Positions 9,564-18,422 of a DNA stretch of 64,000 bases are shown here, one piece after another. The notes beneath the pieces were generated by a model that saw only the letters and a list, made by a program, of their open reading frames with translations, was not told the DNA's origin and did no database searches. This DNA is from an uncultured Pseudomonadota bacterium. Lineage in GTDB: Bacteria; Myxococcota_A; Polyangia; Fen-1088. The first letter of the stretch is position 1. Every line of letters starts with the position of its first letter. Where the stretch lies: assembly GCA_963847705.1 (NCBI GenBank), contig CAWKBC010000027.1, forward strand, positions 512,001-576,000, written 5' to 3'. The position numbers and the translations under genes are program-made.

Positions 9564-11150
9564 ATGTCCCTTAGCCCGAGACTCTTCGTTCTCTTGCTCG
9601 CTCTCCTTCTCTCGTCCGCGTCGTGCGGCACGAACCAAGGACCGACGCTCACCGGCAGCGCCGGCGCCGGCGGAAGCACCGGCGCCGGGGGATCGGGTGG
9701 GAGCGGCGGCGCTGGCACGGGTGGCACCTCCACCGGCGGGAGCGCGGGACTCGCGACCGGAGGGAGCGGGACCGGCGGCAGCGCGGCAGGCGCGAATGGA
9801 ACCGCGGGGCGTGCCGGCCAGGCTGGAGCCTCGGGTGCCGGGGCCACCGGGAATCCTTGCGCGACGATCGATGCGACCCTCCCCGCGGAGCCGACGATCC
9901 CGCCGGCCTGCGCGACGCTCACGGCGAGCTTCGCGATCGTGACCGGCACGCCGCCCAGCGAATCGAGCCTCGACACCTCTCGCCTTCAGATGGCGTTGAA
10001 CGGCTGCGCGGCGGGGCAGGCGGTGCGTCTGACGACGAGTGGAACCAGCAACGGCTTCATCACCGGCCCGCTCAACGTCCCCACGGGCGTCTCGCTCTGG
10101 GTCGACAGCGGCGTCACTCTCTTCGGCACCCGCGATCCCAGCGTCTACGGGCAGGCGACGGCGCTCATCTCGGTGCGGGGCGCCAACTCCGGGATCGTGG
10201 GTCTGGGGGCGATCGACGGGCAGGGGGGCGAGCCGCAGATCGGCAGCACGATGTCGCCCTGGGACGTCAACGGCGGCGGCGGCGACAGCCCGGCCCTCAT
10301 CCAGGTGCTGGGGGCGACGAACTTCACCCTCTACGAGATCACGCTGCACAACGCGCCCAAGTTCCACGTCAAGCTCGGCGCGGCCGGCTTCGTCGTCTGG
10401 GGGATCACCATCAAGACGCCGTCGGCGGCCACCAACAGCGTGGGCACCAAGCTCTCCCCCTCGAGCGCGCACAACACCGACGGCGTCGATCCGGGCGAGG
10501 CCGCCAGCAACGGGTTCATCGTCTACAACCAGATCAGCGTCGGCGACGACCACATCGCCATCAAGGGCGGGACCAGCGTCCAGCACCTCACCATCGCGCA
10601 CAACCACTTCGAGGCCGGGCACGGCATGTCGATCGGCAGCGAGACCAATGGCGGCGTCTCCGACGTCACCGTCTGCGATCTCTCGATCGACGGGACCAAC
10701 ACCGGCCTTTCGGGCGGCAGCGCCAACGGCATCCGGATCAAGTCGGATCCGAGCCGCGGGGGTCTGGTGCAGAACATCTTCTACGGGGACGTCTGCGTCC
10801 GGGCCCTCACCAACCCGATCATCCTGACGCCGATGTACTCGAGCGCCACCGGGACGGAGTACCCGCACTTCACGGGGATCACGATCCAGAACTTCCGCTC
10901 GATGAGCACCTCGACCACGCCAAAGGTGACCCTGCTCGGCTACGACGCCACCCATATGCTCGGTCTGACGCTCGACAACGTGGTGGTCGATGACCTCATC
11001 TCGGCGAACGTTTCGGCCTCCTACGCGGACATCACGCTCGGACCCGGCAGCGTGAGCTTCACCCCCTCGGGCTCGAGCGTCACGGTGAGCAACGAGGTGT
11101 CGGGCTCCTCGACCCCCAACCCCTGCACGAACAAGTGGGTGACTTTCTAG
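9564..11150 (+). CDS. Polygalacturonase (GH28) lipoprotein, paralog of 3850..5686
   Basis: Signal ending SASC, Gly/Thr linker, motifs HNTDG, GDD, GHG, RIKS. Confidence 0.9.
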   Translation: MSLSPRLFVLLLALLLSSASCGTNQGPTLTGSAGAGGSTGAGGSGGSGGAGTGGTSTGGSAGLATGGSGTGGSAAGANGTAGRAGQAGASGAGATGNPCATIDATLPAEPTIPPACATLTASFAIVTGTPPSESSLDTSRLQMALNGCAAGQAVRLTTSGTSNGFITGPLNVPTGVSLWVDSGVTLFGTRDPSVYGQATALISVRGANSGIVGLGAIDGQGGEPQIGSTMSPWDVNGGGGDSPALIQVLGATNFTLYEITLHNAPKFHVKLGAAGFVVWGITIKTPSAATNSVGTKLSPSSAHNTDGVDPGEAASNGFIVYNQISVGDDHIAIKGGTSVQHLTIAHNHFEAGHGMSIGSETNGGVSDVTVCDLSIDGTNTGLSGGSANGIRIKSDPSRGGLVQNIFYGDVCVRALTNPIILTPMYSSATGTEYPHFTGITIQNFRSMSTSTTPKVTLLGYDATHMLGLTLDNVVVDDLISANVSASYADITLGPGSVSFTPSGSSVTVSNEVSGSSTPNPCTNKWVTF

Positions 11151-11299
11151 CGCGTGCGTCGGACCCGATCGCGACAGATTGGCCCGCTTCGACCCCCGGG
11201 GCGGGGACTCGGCCTGGCAGCCCCCGCCTTTGCGGGGCCATCCCGGCCGGGCGCGGTGGCCCCCACATTGCTGCATCTTCAGCTAGGGTGAAGGCCAAG

Positions 11300-11755
11300 A
11301 TGAGGAAAAGTCTGGTGGCCGGGGTGGCATTGGCGCTTGCCTTCGGTGCGACCGCCGCGATGCCTTCGGGCGCGCAGGCGGCCGCCGGCGCCGGTCGCGC
11401 CACCGATCGGGCGCAGCCCGTCGCTGCTCGCGCTTGCAGCAAGCTTCCGGCGGGGAAGCGCGTCGTGAAGCTGAACCTCAAACCCGAGACCGAGGTCGCC
11501 GATCTGGTCGCCTGGATCTCGTCGATCACCTGCAAGCAGTTCGTGCTCCCCGACGTTCCCGCGAGCCACGCCAAGGTGACGATCGTGGCGCCGAGCCTGA
11601 TCACGACCAGCGAGGCCTACCGACTGTTTCTCGAGGCGCTCGACTCGGTCGGGTTGGCGGTCTATCCGTCCGGCTCGTTCATCCGCATCATCGAGAGCGG
11701 AAAGGCGAAGACCTATCCCATCCCGGTCTTCGTCGGTCTCGACGATCACGGGTAG
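11300..11755 (+). CDS. Exported stand-alone secretin (GspD) N0-like domain protein
   Basis: Signal peptide MRKSLVAGVALALAFG..AQA. EVADLVAWISSITCKQFV..KVTIVAPSLITTSEAYRLFLEALDSVGLAVYPSGSFIRII resembles GspD N0. No secretin C-domain follows. Confidence 0.65.
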   Translation: MRKSLVAGVALALAFGATAAMPSGAQAAAGAGRATDRAQPVAARACSKLPAGKRVVKLNLKPETEVADLVAWISSITCKQFVLPDVPASHAKVTIVAPSLITTSEAYRLFLEALDSVGLAVYPSGSFIRIIESGKAKTYPIPVFVGLDDHG

Positions 11756-11775
11756 GGTCGACAGCGGCCGGCCCG

Positions 11776-11913
11776 TCAGCGGGTCAGGATCGTATAGAAG
11801 ACCACGACCATCGCAACGAGTCCGCCGGCGGCCACGATGGCAGCCCCCAGCTCGATGAGACGACCCCTGCGGGCGCTTTTCCAGGCGAGCGTTTCTGCTT
11901 CCGACACTTGCAT
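11776..11913 (-). CDS. Small single-TM membrane protein (about 45 aa)
   Basis: Not in the ORF track. MQVSEAETLAWKSARRGRLIELGAAIVAAGGLVAMVVVFYTILTR*; AGGGGA upstream; GTG 11907 is an alternative start. Confidence 0.45.
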   Translation of the reverse strand: MQVSEAETLAWKSARRGRLIELGAAIVAAGGLVAMVVVFYTILTR

Positions 11914-11970
11914 TCCCCTGGCCCTTGTCTCGGCGGGTCAGTGGGCGGGCTTGAGGGGCGCCACCAAATG

Positions 11971-12005
11971 AAAAAGCCCCGGGAAATTGCTCCCCCGGGG
12001 CTTCT
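11971..12005 (-). terminator. Rho-independent terminator after the Lys-rich small protein gene
   Basis: AAGCCCCGGG/CCCGGGGCTT stem followed by a T-tract on the - strand. Confidence 0.75.
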
Positions 12006-12042
12006 AAACCGCGATCCGGGAGACCCGGACCAGCGGAATGAA

Positions 12043-12213
12043 CTACTCGGCCTTCTTCTCTTCCTTCGGCGCGTCCGCCTTCTTGGACTTCTTGGCCTTC
12101 TTCTCCTTCTTGGCCGGCGCGTCAGCGGCCGGGGCGTCCTCGGCCTTGGCAACGGTCCAGCTGGCGGGGAGAAGAACGGCGAGAGCGAGGAAAACAACGC
12201 GGGTGAGCTTCAT
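12043..12213 (-). CDS. Small secreted Lys/Ala/Glu-rich protein (acid-shock/Asr-like composition)
   Basis: AAGGAGA RBS; 56 aa MKLTRVVFLALAVLLPASWTVAKA-EDAPAADAPAKKEKKAKKSKK...; has its own terminator. Confidence 0.75.
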   Translation of the reverse strand: MKLTRVVFLALAVLLPASWTVAKAEDAPAADAPAKKEKKAKKSKKADAPKEEKKAE

Positions 12214-12270
12214 TGGTATCTCCTTGATTCGTTTTGGACGGGAACCCGTCCGCAGTGAGCCGAACAGAGA

Positions 12271-12286
12271 AGCAGAGGTCATGCCA
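12271..12286 (-). promoter_or_regulatory. Putative sigma-54 (-24/-12) promoter
   Basis: TGGCATGACCTCTGCT on the - strand has GG-N10-GC spacing, about 60 nt upstream of ATG 12213. Confidence 0.55.
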
Positions 12287-12410
12287 GGTGCGTCACCGAT
12301 GCCCGAGCATCCAAGATCGCCTGAACTCGCGGACATTTTTGATGAACCGGGTCGCGGCCGGGCCCGGTGTGTGGCGTTCTTGTCTGCGGTCCGTGCGACT
12401 GTGTAGAACT

Positions 12411-14774
12411 TCACCCCACGGTCGACGAGCCCGCAGGCTCGGCCGTCAGGAACGCGTTGGTCGCCGGGTCGGCCCGCAGCAGGTTGGCGAAGAGCCAGAC
12501 GAAGGCGAAGAACAACAGCAGCGTCGAGTCCTGGAAGTGCCGATCCAGATCCGGATCGAGCGAGGCCCAGTAGCCGCCGATGCAGAGCACGAGGAGCGGC
12601 GTGGCGACGCGCTGGAATGGCACGACCAGCGGGATGGTTTTGGGTTGTGCCCCGTCTGGCCCGGCCGACGCCCGCGAGACGCCAGCGTCGGCGAGCAGCG
12701 CGAGCAAGAAGATGAAGTGGCTGTAGTAGTTCGACGGGTTGGAGATCACCAGCACGAGCGGCATCGCCAGCACCATCGCCTGATGGAGCGGCCTGCGGCG
12801 CGCCAGGAGCGCGACGCAGGCGATGCAGAGGATCTCGCAGCCGATGAAGATGACCAGGCGCGCCTGGAACACGGCGCCGGACATGCTGTCAGCCCCGGCG
12901 ATGAGCGCGCGCAAACTGATCTCGTTCACGCCCACGTCCCGGTTGAGCAGCGTGACCTTGTGGAACCAGCTGACCCAGGCGCCCGGTGAGTAGAGGATCG
13001 CCGTGAGCCCGACCATGAAGACGATGCAACCCGCGGCGCTCAGGAGCACCTGCACCGTCGCCCGCTGCTCCGCCAGCCAAGGCCGGAGCGCCGGCCGCTG
13101 GCGGTCCTTCAGCCACTGCTCGCCGAAGGCCCAGAGCGCCGGCAGCGCCACCCCGAGCAGCGCCACCACCGGGAAGAACCTGATGAGCGCCGAGAGCGCC
13201 AGGCAGATCCCCGCCGCCGTCCAGTGCTCGCGTTTGAGGGCGGCGGCGCCAAAGCCCAGCAGCGCCAGCCAGTCGTGGCGCAGGGTCGCGCCGGTCCAGT
13301 TGGTGCCGAACATGTAGAGGTCGTTGGCCCCGAACACGGTCATCGCCAGCAACATCGGCCAGAGGCCAAACGACCGCCAGAGCGCCACCGCCATCAGCAG
13401 CAGCAGCAGGGCGTCGACGAGGCCGGTGGTGATCAGCAGCCCTTCGGACGCCGGGGCGTGGGCCATGAGCAATCGCCCGAAGAAGACCCACACCGGGGTG
13501 GCGTTGGCGCCATGATCGGTGAGCGTGGAAAGGTATTCCGGCCCCATCACATTCTGGAAGTAGTTCATGTCTTTCTTGAACTCTATCCAGCGCTCCGGGC
13601 TGAACCGATCGCGCACCCCTCGAATCTCGTCCTCGATCTCGCGCACGTGCCGGATCCGGTGGTCGCCGAGACCGCGCAGCTCCTGCGTTCCGAGCGAGTC
13701 GAGCGATCCCCCCCGGTGGTCCTCGGCGTAGGCCAGCACGCTGGCGGTGTAGACGCCGTCGTAGCCCAGCTCCTTGAAGTACTTGGCGAACGGCTGGTAG
13801 ACGCGCAGGTCGTTGGTGTGGACGAACTCGGGGCGGTTCTCCTCGTGGTTCCAGAACTGGGGCCGACCGAGGTTGTAGAAAGCCAGAAAGGCCACGATCG
13901 CGCTGGTGGCGAGCGCGGCCGTGACGACGGAGCGGTGGGCCGGCCAGCGCCTGCCCGGGATGGCGGCCCGCGCCGCCGCGAGGAGCGCGATGGCGGCGGC
14001 CGTCGCGCGGACGAACGCCACCTCGCGGTTGACGAGCGGCCATCCGGTGGAGATGGCGTCGACGACGAAGCCGAGCGCGACCAGCGGGAGGAGCGCCACC
14101 AGCGCAACCACCCAGCGCCGCGACCGGCTCTGCGTCACCGCCAGCAGCAGGCCGAACGCCGCGATCAGGTAGAGGAGCGAGGACCGGACCGCGGCCGCCT
14201 GGTTCTGGCCGGCCAGTCGGTGCAGCTGCGGGGGCATCACCGACGGGGGGTGCTCGAAGAGCTGCAGCTCCGCGACCGAGTAGGCCGAGTCGCCGCCGCG
14301 AACGGTGAGGCGAACCCAGCGCCCGTGCGCGGAGAGCTGGTCGGTCCAGCGCTGGCGCATCCCCGGTTCCGGGCGCGGCTCCGCCGTCCAGAGCGGAACG
14401 AAGTTGGCATGGTCCTCCGAGATCGACACCACGTACTCGTCATTGTTGTCCCCCTGGAGGTAGCCGGCAGCGATGGGGACGCTGCGGCCGAGGTCGTACT
14501 CGGCGTAGGCCCTCTCGGAGCTGAACAGCGCGGCGACCGAGCTGTTCCATTCATCCCCCTCGAAGGCGTCGACGCCGTCGGTGATCGCGCGGGCATTGGA
14601 GACGCCCGAAGAGGACGACGGGCGAAGACCCGCCAGGAGGTTGTCGTCGGCCCGCGCCGGGCGTGCGGCGCTGGTCGCCAAAAGCCCGGCGACGAGACAG
14701 ACGAGAGGAAGGAGCAGGGGGGCGATTCGCCGGCGCCGGTGGGGCGAATGTACGAGCATGTGGGTGATCGTCAT
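12411..14774 (-). CDS. Polytopic membrane protein: discoidin/F5-8-like domain plus GT-C (GT87-like) glycosyltransferase-like region
   Basis: Signal peptide, AITDG..YAEYDLG..GRWVRL..SVAELQLF, many TM segments, and a soluble loop beginning HTNDLRVY. Confidence 0.55.
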   Translation of the reverse strand: MTITHMLVHSPHRRRRIAPLLLPLVCLVAGLLATSAARPARADDNLLAGLRPSSSSGVSNARAITDGVDAFEGDEWNSSVAALFSSERAYAEYDLGRSVPIAAGYLQGDNNDEYVVSISEDHANFVPLWTAEPRPEPGMRQRWTDQLSAHGRWVRLTVRGGDSAYSVAELQLFEHPPSVMPPQLHRLAGQNQAAAVRSSLLYLIAAFGLLLAVTQSRSRRWVVALVALLPLVALGFVVDAISTGWPLVNREVAFVRATAAAIALLAAARAAIPGRRWPAHRSVVTAALATSAIVAFLAFYNLGRPQFWNHEENRPEFVHTNDLRVYQPFAKYFKELGYDGVYTASVLAYAEDHRGGSLDSLGTQELRGLGDHRIRHVREIEDEIRGVRDRFSPERWIEFKKDMNYFQNVMGPEYLSTLTDHGANATPVWVFFGRLLMAHAPASEGLLITTGLVDALLLLLMAVALWRSFGLWPMLLAMTVFGANDLYMFGTNWTGATLRHDWLALLGFGAAALKREHWTAAGICLALSALIRFFPVVALLGVALPALWAFGEQWLKDRQRPALRPWLAEQRATVQVLLSAAGCIVFMVGLTAILYSPGAWVSWFHKVTLLNRDVGVNEISLRALIAGADSMSGAVFQARLVIFIGCEILCIACVALLARRRPLHQAMVLAMPLVLVISNPSNYYSHFIFLLALLADAGVSRASAGPDGAQPKTIPLVVPFQRVATPLLVLCIGGYWASLDPDLDRHFQDSTLLLFFAFVWLFANLLRADPATNAFLTAEPAGSSTVG

Positions 14775-14971
14775 CGGGGGCGGTCCTCGTTGCGCCGCCG
14801 ACTGGCTCGGCGAGCGGCGCCACTCTACCCCAGAGCGCGCTCGGGGTTGTGTTCCTCAGGGGCCTGGGACCAGCTCCTTCCGGGGCCTTCGCGAGCCGTG
14901 GGGTGGCGCACGGCCGAGGCCCAGAGGGCCAAGCGGGAGGCCAGCAGAAGGCAAACTGGAGCCAAGAAAAT

Positions 14972-15002
14972 TTGCAGCAGCACGCGACAGGCGTGCTAAT
15001 TT
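14972..15002 (+). promoter_or_regulatory. Putative sigma-70 promoter of the RRM gene
   Basis: TTGCAG at 14972 and extended -10 TG-c-TAATTT at 14994-15002. Confidence 0.45.
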
Positions 15003-15134
15003 TTCGGGTGACTCCTTCGTCTCCGTCCTCGTGGACGCCGCCGGCAACTGGGCCGGGACGGCCTTCGGTGACCGGAATGTTAGAGGGTTCTGCAGACGGC
15101 AGCTCCGTCGGTCACTGAAGCAAACGAGGAAGAA

Positions 15135-15542
15135 ATGGGAACGAGACTCTACGTTGGAAATCTGTCCTACAGCATCACCGAGCTGGACCTGCGCGAGCTG
15201 TTCGCAGGTCTCGGCACCGTCACGGACGCCAAGATCATCACCGATCGTGAGACGGGCCGCCCGCGCGGCTTCGGCTTCATCGAGATGGCGACCGAGGAAG
15301 AGGCCCGCAAGGCCATCGAGGAGCTGAACGGCCGCGACGTCCAGGGACGCCAGGTCGCCGTCAAGGAAGCCGAGGATCGCCGTGGTGGCGGTGGCGGCGG
15401 CGGTGGTGGTGGATACGGCGGCGGCGGCGGTGGCCGCGGCGGCGGCGGCGGTGGATACGGCGGCGGTGGTGGCGGCGGTGGTCGTGGCGGCGGCGGTGGC
15501 GGGCGTGGCGGCGGTGGTGGCGGCGGACGTCAGCGCTGGTAA
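15135..15542 (+). CDS. RNA-binding protein (RRM) with Gly/RGG tail
   Basis: RNP2 LYVGNL, RNP1 RGFGFIEM, Gly-rich tail. Confidence 0.95.
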   Translation: MGTRLYVGNLSYSITELDLRELFAGLGTVTDAKIITDRETGRPRGFGFIEMATEEEARKAIEELNGRDVQGRQVAVKEAEDRRGGGGGGGGGGYGGGGGGRGGGGGGYGGGGGGGGRGGGGGGRGGGGGGGRQRW

Positions 15543-15602
15543 CCCAGACGTAGAGCCGCGCGACTTTCGCGCGGGCTACAGGTTCCAAGTTGCAAGTTGG
15601 AT

Positions 15603-15638
15603 GAGAGCCCGCCCCTCGAGGCGGGCTTTCTCTTTTTC
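15603..15638 (+). terminator. Rho-independent terminator
   Basis: GAGAGCCCGCC-loop-GGCGGGCTTTC followed by TCTTTTT. Confidence 0.7.
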
Positions 15639-15669
15639 TGAGACATGACTTCTGGAGGCACGACCGAAG

Positions 15670-16281
15670 ATGTCGGAGACGCTGGTCCTCTACACTGACT
15701 TCGTCTGTCCGTTCTGTTTCATCGCCGAGCAGAGCACGGTGCCGCGGCTGCTCGCCGAGTTCGAGCTGACGCTCGACTGGCGCGGGTTCGAGCTGCACCC
15801 GAACACGCCGCGCGGTGGGCTTTCGCTCTCGAAGTTGTTCCCCGGCGTGCCGCTCCCGGCGCTGCACGAGCGGACCCGCCAGTTCGCGTCGCGGTTCGGC
15901 GTCAAGAACTTCAACCCGCCGGACGAGCTGCACAACACCCGGCGTGCGCTGGCGATCGGGGAGCTGGCGCGCGATCGAGGGTGTCTGGAGCCGTTCCGTG
16001 CGGCGGCCTTCGAGGCGCACTGGCGGCAGGGGAAGAACCTCGAGGACGACGGTGATCTGGGGGCGATCGCCGTCGCGGCGGGGCTGACCCGGGACGAGGC
16101 GCTCCGGGCGGCGGACGATCCGGCGATCCTGGCGCGCGTCGATCAAAAGCAGGCCGAGGCGCGCGCGCGCGGCGTCACGGGAATCCCCACGTTCATCATC
16201 GCGGGCGAGGAGGTCGTCGGCTGCCAGCCCTACGAGATCCTGGCCGCCGCCGCGGCGCGCGCAGGCGTGCGCCGCCGCTGA
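15670..16281 (+). CDS. DsbA/FrnE family oxidoreductase
   Basis: DFVCPFC CxxC motif, FELHP, and GVTGIPTFII cis-Pro motif. Confidence 0.9.
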   Translation: MSETLVLYTDFVCPFCFIAEQSTVPRLLAEFELTLDWRGFELHPNTPRGGLSLSKLFPGVPLPALHERTRQFASRFGVKNFNPPDELHNTRRALAIGELARDRGCLEPFRAAAFEAHWRQGKNLEDDGDLGAIAVAAGLTRDEALRAADDPAILARVDQKQAEARARGVTGIPTFIIAGEEVVGCQPYEILAAAAARAGVRRR

Positions 16282-16521
16282 TGGGCCCGGTGCCGTAAGA
16301 AACTTCAACGCGCTGCCCACCTTCCCGGCTCCAACGTGCGGGCTCTCGTGCAGTCCGGAAATGCAACGTCTGGCGCGGGACCCGGCAAAAAGTCGCCGCC
16401 GCGGATGAGGTCTTGCTTTCGCCCCATCTGCGGCGGATTCTCGAACCTTCGAGCCCGGCGAGCATCTCGTGCGTGCCCCCAGGTCGCCCCGGCTACCCCC
16501 CAGTTGCCCGAGGAGATCGTC

Positions 16522-17565
16522 ATGAAGCCTCACTCGCGATCGTTGGTTTCGCCGCGCGGCCTCGGCGCCTCCCTGGTTCTGGTGAGCGCGCTGGTGGTGG
16601 CGCCTCGCGCCGCACGGGCGCACATCAAGATGTCAGCGCCGGCGGACTGGATCGTGACCAACTCCGAGGGCGACCCTCAAAAGATCACCCCCTGCGGCGT
16701 CGATCCGACGATGCCCATGACCTTCACCGTCACGAACGCCGTCACCACCCTCCACGTCGGCGACAAGGTCACGTTCAACTGGACCGAGACCGTCCCTCAC
16801 GATGGCCACTTTCGGATCGCGCTGGCGATCAACTCGCGCGACGAGCTGACGGATCCCGCCGTCACCCAGATGAACTCGGACGGGACGGCGGCCGCGGTCG
16901 CGATCTCGACCGCCTACCCGGTGCTGGCCGACAACCTCTTCCCTCATACCGCCGCCTCCGTTTCGCCCGGCAAGGCTTACACGTACACGGTGACCATCCC
17001 CAACACCCCGTGCACGAAGTGCACGATGCAGCTCCTGCAGTTCATGGCCAATCACCCGCTCGACCCGTCGTACTTTTATCATCAGTGCGCTGACGTCACG
17101 ATCCTCGCGGCGGCCGGCAGCGGCGCGACCGGCGGCACCACCGGCGCCACGGGCGGCAGCAGCGGCGCTGCCGGCAAGACGGGCGGCGCCGGCGGCGCGA
17201 CCACGGGTACGGGGGGAACGGTGGCGGGCACGGGCGGAACGACCACCGGGACCGGAGGAGCCGTGAGCGGCACCGGCGGCGCGACCACGGGCACGGGCGG
17301 AACGGCCACGGGCACGGGCGGGACGGCCACGGGCACGGGCGGGACGAACGCGGGCACCGGCGGCACCGCGGAGAGCAGCGGCAGCGGGGGGAGCGGGGCG
17401 ATCGGCGCCGGCGCCAGCGGCAACGGCGGCGGTAGCCCCGAGGGCGCCGGGTCGAGTGGTGGCTGCGCTTGTCAGCTTGGCGCGGCAGACGTGGGGTCGA
17501 GCGGACTCGGGTTTCTGGGCGTGGTGGCCCTCATCGGCATCCGCCGGCGCCGGCGCGCGCGCTGA
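16522..17565 (+). CDS. SCE4755-family polysaccharide monooxygenase-like protein with MYXO-CTERM anchor
   Basis: Signal ending ARA-H (His1 of the mature chain), QK..PCG, WTETVPHDGHFRIA, CTKCTMQLLQFM, YHQCAD; Gly/Thr linker; GGCAC..hydrophobic..RRRR tail. Confidence 0.85.
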   Translation: MKPHSRSLVSPRGLGASLVLVSALVVAPRAARAHIKMSAPADWIVTNSEGDPQKITPCGVDPTMPMTFTVTNAVTTLHVGDKVTFNWTETVPHDGHFRIALAINSRDELTDPAVTQMNSDGTAAAVAISTAYPVLADNLFPHTAASVSPGKAYTYTVTIPNTPCTKCTMQLLQFMANHPLDPSYFYHQCADVTILAAAGSGATGGTTGATGGSSGAAGKTGGAGGATTGTGGTVAGTGGTTTGTGGAVSGTGGATTGTGGTATGTGGTATGTGGTNAGTGGTAESSGSGGSGAIGAGASGNGGGSPEGAGSSGGCACQLGAADVGSSGLGFLGVVALIGIRRRRRAR

Positions 17566-17723
17566 TGACGGGCGACTGGTCCGAGACAATCATCCGAATG
17601 TTCGTCACCGGCACGATCGGGACGCTGCTGATCTTGGTCGTGATGCGCCCGGTGGAGCGGTCTCGGGTGCGGCGTCACGCGGCCGTGCCCGAACCGACGC
17701 CCGCACCCGACACCGATCGATAA
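17565..17723 (+). CDS. Small membrane protein (52 aa)
   Basis: TGATG coupling to the upstream stop; one hydrophobic segment MFVTGTIGTLLILVVM. Confidence 0.45.
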   Translation: MTGDWSETIIRMFVTGTIGTLLILVVMRPVERSRVRRHAAVPEPTPAPDTDR

Positions 17724-17742
17724 GACGGTATGCTGGGCGGAA

Positions 17743-18348
17743 ATGTCGCCCGCCGCGCGCTCTCCGCTCAAACGCTGCTTCTGGGCTGGGGACGATCCCC
17801 AGATGATCGCCTACCACGACGAAGAGTGGGGCGTCCCCATCCACGACGATCGGCGCTGGTACGAGAAGCTCCTGCTCGACGGGGCACAGGCCGGCCTCTC
17901 CTGGTCGACCATCCTGCGCAAGCGTGAGGGGTACCGCAAAGGCTTCGCCGGGTTCGACCCCGCCAAGATCGCGCGCTTCACCGACAAGGACGTCACCCGT
18001 CTCATGGGAGACGCTGGCATCGTCCGCAACCGGCTCAAGATCCGCTCGGCCATCAGCAACGCGCGCGCCTTCCTGGCGCTGCAGGACGAGCACGGCTCGT
18101 TCGACGCCTGGATCTGGCGCTTCGTCGGCGGCAAGCCGATCCGGGGGAACGTCCGGGGGCGGGGTGACATCCTCGCGCGCACGCCGCTGTCGGATGCGCT
18201 CTCGCGCGAGCTCCGCAGCCGCGGCTTCAACTTCGTCGGCTCGACGATCATCTACGCCTTCATGCAGGCGGGCGGGCTGGTCAACGACCACACGGTCGGC
18301 TGCTTCCGCCGGTCCCAGGTGGCGGCGCTCGCCAGCCAGAAGCGATGA
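17743..18348 (+). CDS. tag: DNA-3-methyladenine glycosylase I
   Basis: RC.W, YHDEEWG, QAGLSW.TIL.KR, IVRNRLKI, FVGSTIIYAFMQA.G.VNDH..C. Confidence 0.95.
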   Translation: MSPAARSPLKRCFWAGDDPQMIAYHDEEWGVPIHDDRRWYEKLLLDGAQAGLSWSTILRKREGYRKGFAGFDPAKIARFTDKDVTRLMGDAGIVRNRLKIRSAISNARAFLALQDEHGSFDAWIWRFVGGKPIRGNVRGRGDILARTPLSDALSRELRSRGFNFVGSTIIYAFMQAGGLVNDHTVGCFRRSQVAALASQKR

Positions 18349-18422
18349 CGAAGCGCTGGTGCATCAGCCTGGGCGACGAGCAGACGCCGCGGTGTGAAAG
18401 GCACTGATAATCTCGTGATTAT

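Noticed and set aside
15383-15525. (GGC/GGT)n microsatellite-like run
   Set aside because: Ordinary Gly/RGG tail of the RRM protein.
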